Positions 57,295-64,000 of a stretch of DNA of 64,000 nt are shown here, piece after piece. Both the position numbers and the translations under genes were made by a program. The stretch covers positions 5,952,001 through 6,016,000 of the forward strand of contig OZ001293.3 of NCBI GenBank assembly GCA_963921275.4, in the 5' to 3' direction. Origin of the DNA: an uncultured Hormoscilla sp. Its GTDB lineage: Bacteria > Cyanobacteriota > Cyanobacteriia > Cyanobacteriales > Desertifilaceae. Each line of letters starts with the position of its first letter. The first letter of the stretch is position 1. The notes under the pieces were generated by a model, which saw only the letters and a program-made list of their open reading frames with translations, searched no databases and had not been told where the DNA came from.

Positions 57295-58951
57295 GGTTTA
57301 TTTCTCGAATTTCAAAGATCAACGTCTTTACCGCCAGACTGTCGGCGGACAACCCCAACCTATAACGCCAGATGCGCCCCTGCGTTATGCTGATGCTGTC
57401 ATTGATAAGGCCAGAAATCGTCTGATCTGCGTGCAGGAAGACCATTCCGGAGAGGGGGAAGCTGTTAATGCGATCGCCAGCATTAATCTGGAAACTGGAG
57501 AGAGTAACCTGCTAGTTTCGGGAAATGATTTTTATTCTTCGCCTCGCCTGAGTCCGGATGGTTCTCAGTTGTGCTGGTTAACCTGGAATCATCCTCATAT
57601 GCCCTGGGATGGTACGGAACTATGGACTGCCCAGATCCAGGCAGATGGCAGTTTGGCAGCAGGAACCCTGGTTGCTGGGGGTACTGATGAATCGGTCTTT
57701 CAACCGGAATGGTCTCCAAAGGGGATTTTGCATTTTGTGTCCGATCGCGGTAACTGGTGGAATCTCTACTGCTACCAAGATGGTCGGGTGTTATCCTTAT
57801 GTGAAAAGACGGCTGAGTTTGGACTTCCCCACTGGGTGTTTGGCATGTCCACCTATGCTTTTGATTCGGAAAATCTGATTATCTGCACTTACACTCAAGG
57901 GGGTAGCTGGTATTTGGCAAGTCTGGATACACAGCAGTTACAGCTAAAAGTAATTGAGACTCCTTACACGAGTATCTATTCTCTATCAGTAGCAGGGGGG
58001 AAAGTGGTTTTTATTGGGGGTTCGGCCACCCAACCGACGGCGATCGTCCAGTTAGATTTGTCTAGCAAGCAGATCGAGGTATTGCGTCAGTCAAGTCAAC
58101 TGGAAGTTGACAAGGGATATTTGTCGGTGCCAGAATCAGTGGAGTTTACTACGGAGAAGGGACTGACTGCTTTTGGTTTCTTTTATCCGCCTCAAAATCA
58201 GGATTACACTGCACCTGCTGGGGAAAAACCTCCTCTGTTAGTTAAAAGTCACGGCGGACCGACAGGATCTACTTCTAGTGCTTTGAGTTTGAAAACTCAA
58301 TATTGGACGAGTCGCGGCTTTGCGGTGCTGGATGTTAATTATGGTGGTAGCACTGGCTATGGTCGGGAATATCGTCAGCGGCTACAGGGCAACTGGGGTA
58401 TTGTGGATGTGGATGATTGCGTGAATGGGGCGAAGTATCTGGTCGAGAAGAGTTTGGTGGATGCTAACAAACTGGCGATCGCGGGTGGCAGTGCGGGGGG
58501 CTACACTACTCTAGCAGCCCTGACCTTCCGCGATACCTTTAAGGCGGGGGCGAGTCGCTACGGGATTAGCGACCTAGAGGCGTTAGTCAGGGATACTCAT
58601 AAGTTTGAGTCCCGTTATGTGGATCGGTTGATCGGTCTTTATCCGGAACGGAAGGATTTATATGAAGCCAGATCGCCCATTCACTTCACGAACCAGCTTT
58701 CCTGTCCGGTTATTTTCTTCCAAGGACTCGAAGATAAAGTTGTCCCACCCAACCAAGCGAAAATGATGGTTGACGCCCTGAAAGCTAAGGGTTTACCTGT
58801 GGCCTATGTTGCTTTTCCAGGGGAACAGCATGGTTTCCGCAAAGCAGAGAATATCAAGCGTTCTTTGGATAAGGAGTTTTACTTTTACTCCCGGGTTTTC
58901 GATTTTACTCCTGCTGACGATCTAGAACCCGTTCCCATTGAGAACCTTTAA
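57026..58951 (+). CDS. S9 family peptidase (prolyl oligopeptidase / dipeptidyl aminopeptidase-like)
   Basis: HGGPT, GGSAGGY, FQGLEDKVVP, EQHGF. Confidence 0.95.
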   Translation: MTETQVAPYGAWKSPISSDMIVAGVVGLSSLTLDGEDVYWIEGRPAEGGRYAIARYSRDEQVSDVTPSPFNVRTRVHEYGGGAYLVSEGVVYFSNFKDQRLYRQTVGGQPQPITPDAPLRYADAVIDKARNRLICVQEDHSGEGEAVNAIASINLETGESNLLVSGNDFYSSPRLSPDGSQLCWLTWNHPHMPWDGTELWTAQIQADGSLAAGTLVAGGTDESVFQPEWSPKGILHFVSDRGNWWNLYCYQDGRVLSLCEKTAEFGLPHWVFGMSTYAFDSENLIICTYTQGGSWYLASLDTQQLQLKVIETPYTSIYSLSVAGGKVVFIGGSATQPTAIVQLDLSSKQIEVLRQSSQLEVDKGYLSVPESVEFTTEKGLTAFGFFYPPQNQDYTAPAGEKPPLLVKSHGGPTGSTSSALSLKTQYWTSRGFAVLDVNYGGSTGYGREYRQRLQGNWGIVDVDDCVNGAKYLVEKSLVDANKLAIAGGSAGGYTTLAALTFRDTFKAGASRYGISDLEALVRDTHKFESRYVDRLIGLYPERKDLYEARSPIHFTNQLSCPVIFFQGLEDKVVPPNQAKMMVDALKAKGLPVAYVAFPGEQHGFRKAENIKRSLDKEFYFYSRVFDFTPADDLEPVPIENL

Positions 58952-59139
58952 TCTCTAAATATTTGAAATTGTGAATTGTGAATTATGAATTGAAAATCGG
59001 GATTGCAATAGTTCAATCCCCCCTCACCCTCCTTTGAAAGGGCGGGCTAGATTACTTGCATGGAGATTATCTCCTATTTGTCTGCTTTCCAAATTCTAAA
59101 TTCTCAATTATTTAATTATCCTGTAATGCTATCATAACA

Positions 59140-60393
59140 ATGACAAATGAAGGATAACAAATTCCAGATCGCCTGCTCCGCCTATAAATTACCATCAGCA
59201 ACGACAACCCAGCATTATTAGAAGGTTTGGAATCGGTTACGATCCAGTAGAAAAACAGCAGTTTTTCTACTAGCTTGTTACCTGCATTGGGGGTTGGGGA
59301 AATCCGGGATTTCCGCCAATTTTTCGCGCAGCGTTCGCGGTTTACCTGGCCATCTTGCCAATAGCTGCGGTGACTGTTTATCGCAGCCGCCAGGGAAGGC
59401 GATTTCCTCCGACTCTATTAGTATATACGATCGCGGTGCTGCTAATGCGATCTATTTTTGTAGCTGGGGTTAGCATTAACCAACTGGGTTAGCGATCAGT
59501 CTTTGCGGCTGGCTGTTGCTTCCGATGCCTTCGGGATGCTTTGCAAAAACCCCTCAGGCATCGTGGCCGCAACCGAGAAAAGCTGTTACTATTCTGGGGG
59601 GCGGTTTGTTATTTTTAGGGTGGTTGGTGGCGGTGGGAAATCAGTTCCCTTGGCAAGCAACAGCAGTCAGCGGTTTGTCTCTGTGGTGGTTGGCTATCCG
59701 CTTGCAGCAATTTTGGCGACCGATCGATTTAGTAACAATCTTTCTAATCGGATGACAGATGCTATAGCTAGTTTGGCGCTTGATGCCTCGATGCATTCGG
59801 GACGCGCTAATCGCACTGTCCCTTATGCATCGTCAGTTAATTCAGCAAAAAGCAACTCTCATTGCTATCATGTTGACGGGGGCTAGCGATCGCCCCTTTA
59901 GCTTACTCAGTCTGGCCTGGTTTCCCTATTTAATCTTCATGGTAGCGCTGAACGGCTGGTTGTACGAGCAACAGCAGTTCAAGACGGCTCAATTTGGCGA
60001 TCGCCTGGGGGATTTGGGACGTTTTTGGCGATTTTTCGCGCAGCGTTCATCAGCTTGTCCCATCCGATCGCACTGTCCCTTATGCATCGCGGTGCCATTT
60101 GCGCGATCGCCCTATTCACCCAACCCTGGTGGTTATCTGGTATCATCAGTTTAGCCGGGATTTTTGCCAGGTTAGGACTAGCAGTGCGCGCCTTTCTTTA
60201 TATCGGCACTGTCACCTTTTTGCTGAATGCCTGCAATCAGTTGGTGATTTTAAGCGGTCTCTATGCCTTTGTTAAATCGGCGATCAGGTTAATAGCAGGA
60301 ATCATTTTAATCGCCATTGCGGCCAACTTTGAAACCCGCCGGGAACAAATAACCCCTGCGGTGCGGACAGCACAATTACAAGACTGGCAGTAA
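59140..60393 (+). pseudogene. Collapsed remnant of a large multi-pass membrane protein (DUF2157-like)
   Basis: Hydrophobic fragments in several frames; C-terminus RAFLYIGTVTF...IAANFETRREQ...LQDWQ. Confidence 0.55.
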
Positions 60394-60452
60394 ACATTCA
60401 CAATTCACAATTGGGTAAATTATTTAGCAACTGTAGGTTGGGTTGAGGCACG

Positions 60453-60577
60453 GATGCTGTTGGCGAAATCCATCTCGAAAGACGAATAAGAGCGTGCTAC
60501 AAGAACGAGAAATCTTTACTTGGACGATTAGTAATACTCGATGTAAGATGCTTGGTAGCACATTAGCCAACAGTATC
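60453..60577. mobile_element. MITE inserted in a GTAGGTTGGGTTGAGGCACGAAACCCAAC REP-like repeat
   Basis: TIR GAT(G/A)CTGTTGGC; AGGCACG on both sides. Confidence 0.75.
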
Positions 60578-60699
60578 AGGCACGGCACGAAACCCAACCT
60601 AATCTCCCGAAATTAGACAGCAGGAACGGATACGGGTTTTATAGTAGCTTGCAATTCAAAAGATCCAGATGCTAGGGGGAGTCATCTCCAGACTTACAC

Positions 60700-62378
60700 T
60701 TAATTCCTCTTCCCTAACTCCTGAGGGATGCTGCCAGTCAGGCGGTTGCGGGGCCGCAATAGTCTCGTCACCCTGTGGCCAATTACCGTCACCCCCTCCC
60801 AATCGTCAATAATAGAAGCATCGGGGGGAGTTGTGCTGTCAGCCCAGCCTCCATTGTTCCGCCAAGAAGCCCCACCCGTGCCAAGGTATAGAGCTTTCAG
60901 GGCCTGATAATCCTTGTCGGTAAGAGGGGAGTTCACATTATCACATTCATGTCAAACATACCTGTCCCTTCATATCCGGCTTGGTCGATGGCGGTTACCG
61001 TTACGATAAAGGTGCCTTCGCTAGTAGGGATACCGCTGATAACTCCCTGAGAGTTGATGGTTAAGCCCCCTGGTAAACCGGTAGCTGTGTAGTTGTTGAT
61101 GTTGTCATTGATGTCGCCGAAGTTTTCGCTAATGTCTATCTTGAGGTCATTCCCTAGCAAGGGATTAACATCGGGAATCTGGGTTTTTACATAAGGGGGG
61201 TTTTCCAATCGCTTGTTACCCTGCCAATCTAGGATATCTTGGGGGATGCTGCCAGTCAGGCGGTTGTTGTGCAGGCCGAGGCGTCGCAAATTGTCCAGAC
61301 TCCCTAACTCAGTCGGGATGCTGCCAGTCAGTTGGTTGTTGGACAGTCTGAGCCATCCCAAATCGTCCAGACTCCCTAACTCAGTCGGGATGCTGTCAGT
61401 CAGTTGGTTGTTGGACAGGGAGAGAGCAAGCAAATTGTCCAGATTCCCTAACTCAGTCGGGATGCTGCCAGTCAGTTGGTTGTTGGACAGGCTGAGGCGT
61501 CGCAAATTGTCCAGATTCCCTAACTCCTGAGGGATGCCGCCAGTCAGGAGGTTGTTGGACAGGTTGAGCCATCTCAAATTGGAAAGATTCCCTAACTCAG
61601 TCGGGATGCTGCCAGTCAATTGGTTGCGTTTCAGGTTGAGCCCCGTCACCCTGTCGTCAATTACCGTCACCCCATGCCAACGGTGCTTAACAATAGAAGC
61701 ATCGGGGGGAGTTGGGCTGTTGAAATCCCAGCTAGCCCAGCCTTCATTGTTACTCCAAGAAGCCCCACCCGTGTTAAGGTATAGAGCCTTCAGGGCCTGA
61801 TAATCCTTGTTGTTAAGAGGGGGCTCCTCTATAACAATGTCAAAGATATCTTTCCCTTCATTTCCATGTTGGTCGATGGCGGTTACCGTTACGGTAAAGA
61901 TGCCTTCGCTAGTAGGGATACCGCTGATAACTCCTCCACGGTTGATAGTTAAGCCCCCTGGTAAACCGGTAGCTGTGTAATTGTTGATGTTGTCATTGAT
62001 GTCGCCGAAGTTTTCGCTAATGTCTAGGTTGAGGTTATTACCTAGCAAGAACTCGTCGTCGGGAATCTGGGTTTTTACATAAGGGGGGTTTTCCAACCGC
62101 TTTTCAGCCCGCAAATCTAAGACCTCTTGGGGGATGGTGCCAGTCAGTTGGTTGTCGTGCAGGTCGAGCCATTTCAAATTGGAAAGATTCCCTAACTCCT
62201 TCGGGATGCTGCCAGTCAGTTGGTTATTGTACAGGGCGATCCCTCGCAAATCGGAAAGATTCCCTAACTCCTTCGGGATGCCGCCAGTCAGGAGCCGGAT
62301 GCTGTCTATTAGCTGCTGGTAGTTTTCTAAAGAGGCATCCACTACTACCATGCTGTTGGTAAAGGATTTATGCTTCAT
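60700..62378 (-). pseudogene. Plant-type LRR + putative Ig (He_PIG-like) repeat protein, deleted and frameshifted
   Basis: 24-aa LRRs LTGSIPTELGNLSNLRWLNLSNNL; caps DYQALKALY...W.GVTV; Ig units YTATGLPGGLTIN..GVISGIPT; a DUF4347-like start is joined abruptly to the LRRs. Confidence 0.8.
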
Positions 62379-62504
62379 TTTTTGGTTCCTCCCGCATTTT
62401 TGGGCCGAGGTGCTAATACCATGCCTACTATTAGTGTACATCATATTTCCGCTAATAACGGGTGCGGCTCGGAATTTTTTGAGCAATTTTCGACTCTGGT
62501 CGGT

Positions 62505-62645
62505 GGGTGTGGTTAAAACCCGTTGGTAGGAGGCCTCCCCAGCCCTCACCCTAAAGGGTCCGGCTACATGAACAAAGCCCGCCTGCGCGGGCTATATACA
62601 TGTATCATCGATGCACCCGGCTATCAACTACTTATGACCACACCC
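62505..62645. mobile_element. MITE with GGGTGTGGT(T/C)A TIRs and a 9-bp target duplication
   Basis: CTGGTCGGT on both sides. Confidence 0.85.
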
Positions 62646-62749
62646 CTGGTCGGTAGCCGGCGATCCCTCCCCAGCGGGGGGGAGCAATTTGCCCCCGGGG
62701 GGCTGGAGGGGCTCTTCTTGCCAATGGGCGCAAGACCACACTCCTGATT

Positions 62750-62835
62750 TTACTCTGGCCTTGGAGGTGCTTACTCTGGCCTTGGAGGTGCTTACTCTGG
62801 CCTTGGAGGTGCTTACTCCGGCCTTGGAGTTACTC
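62750..62835. repeat. 21-bp tandem repeat (TTACTCTGGCCTTGGAGGTGC), about 4 copies
   Basis: Directly visible. Confidence 0.9.
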
Positions 62836-63409
62836 AACTGCCCTTTGGTAATCTTGTCTCACGTCAAAGCCAAAGGTTGTGACGCCAGGTTGTGACGCCA
62901 CGGAATGACTCTCGTACTTGGTGGAATGATTCAGTTACTTCTGGAAATGAACACTTACTCCTAAAAATGAATAATTTTTCCCGGGAATGACTGAGTCACT
63001 CCCGGGAGTTCTGAAGTTATTCCCGGATAAATATTTCTATTGTTAAAGGGCGTGAGCGTAGGCTGCGACTTTGGAGGCCAACGCAATTTAGGGAGAAAGC
63101 CCAGAGTCGGCTGAGATGTCTAAAGGGCGCACTACTCGTATTGCCCTTACGACATAGACATTTTGTCCCGTCAAGTGATGGGTGCGGCTCAAAAGTATCT
63201 GGCGACTGGAAGAGATCGTGAGGATCAACAGGTTTTGACCACACTTTGTCTACACCGGTGCTAGCAGAAGGCGATTGCTATCTCCCCAGGAGCTAATATC
63301 AAATAGGTCAGCTCAACCGCGCTCCACTCCCGCGTTGTCGCCTTCTCTACGGGAGCCCCTCCGCGCTTTATTTCCCTCGATCGCTACTGACCAACCGAAA
63401 GGTATCACG

Positions 63410-63690
63410 AGGTGATACCAGTCACAATTGTCGGTCCTGGGATATTTGAGTTGTTGTGCAACTGCGTCATCAACGACCCCTTTAAGCGCGAGTTTGATTT
63501 TGACGATCGCCCCAAATTGCCCTTTCCGCACTCCTGGAACATCATCCCCACAAGCCCCGCACCCTGGAGTCGCTGCGCGATACTGCTGCGCGATCGGGCC
63601 GAAAATGACCCGGATAATAAACTGCGGAAATTTGCCTAGAAACGATTGCAACATTGGGAAAATCGTATCGTCCGATCGCCCGCCAATTAG
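63410..63690 (+). pseudogene. C-terminal remnant of a HEAT-repeat protein
   Basis: FELLCNCVINDPF...LLRDRAENDPDNKLRKFA. Confidence 0.45.
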
Positions 63691-63784
63691 CTAACAAGCT
63701 GACGCTATGCCCCGATGGTGTGTTATACCATTATAGGTTGGGTTGAGGTACGAAACCCAACCTATAACTTAACAATTACAGCGA

Positions 63785-64000
63785 TTACCGCAACAGCAGC
63801 AAAACTACCTGAAGACATCCCACGACAACACCCAATAGCCCACCCAAATTCACGATCGCCTGCAACTCGCTTTTAACAATTCCATTAATGGCGATCTCTA
63901 AATCCGGAGGAGAAGTAGCATTCACCCGCTCAACAATTACCCGATCAATATTCAAAATTGGTATTGCCATCGTTACAATTACTTCCAAGTCTTTTTCCAA
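63785..64000 (-). CDS. DUF445 family protein, C-terminal part
   Basis: [14 protein letters not shown]...[24 protein letters not shown]. Confidence 0.85.
   Translation of the reverse strand: MEKDLEVIVTMAIPILNIDRVIVERVNATSPPDLEIAINGIVKSELQAIVNLGGLLGVVVGCLQVVLLLLR

Overview
64 kb of a filamentous-cyanobacterium-type chromosome: frequent HIP1 GCGATCGC sites plus ccsA, argG, cofH, an EF-G paralogue, mraY, ubiA/plqA, ppx, fibrillin and Uma2 genes. Housekeeping genes are intact but many accessory genes are decaying through nonsense codons, deletions, MITEs and small palindromic insertions. Two things stand out. (1) An intact three-gene operon at 28498-31313 (-), of atypical composition by eye, encodes two divergent proteins that I read as Ku-like beta-barrels plus an ATP-dependent DNA ligase with a WGR-like C-terminal module; it is a candidate NHEJ-type system using a heterodimeric Ku. 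(2) There is a burst of ORF-less group II introns (8 whole or partial copies, about 5 sequence variants). Their EBS1 loops match their own flanks, their DNA 3' boundary lies 1-2 nt beyond the canonical AY, and several are nested with an RT-encoding intron and IS elements at 34463-41822. All family calls come from motif recognition by eye; no database search was run.
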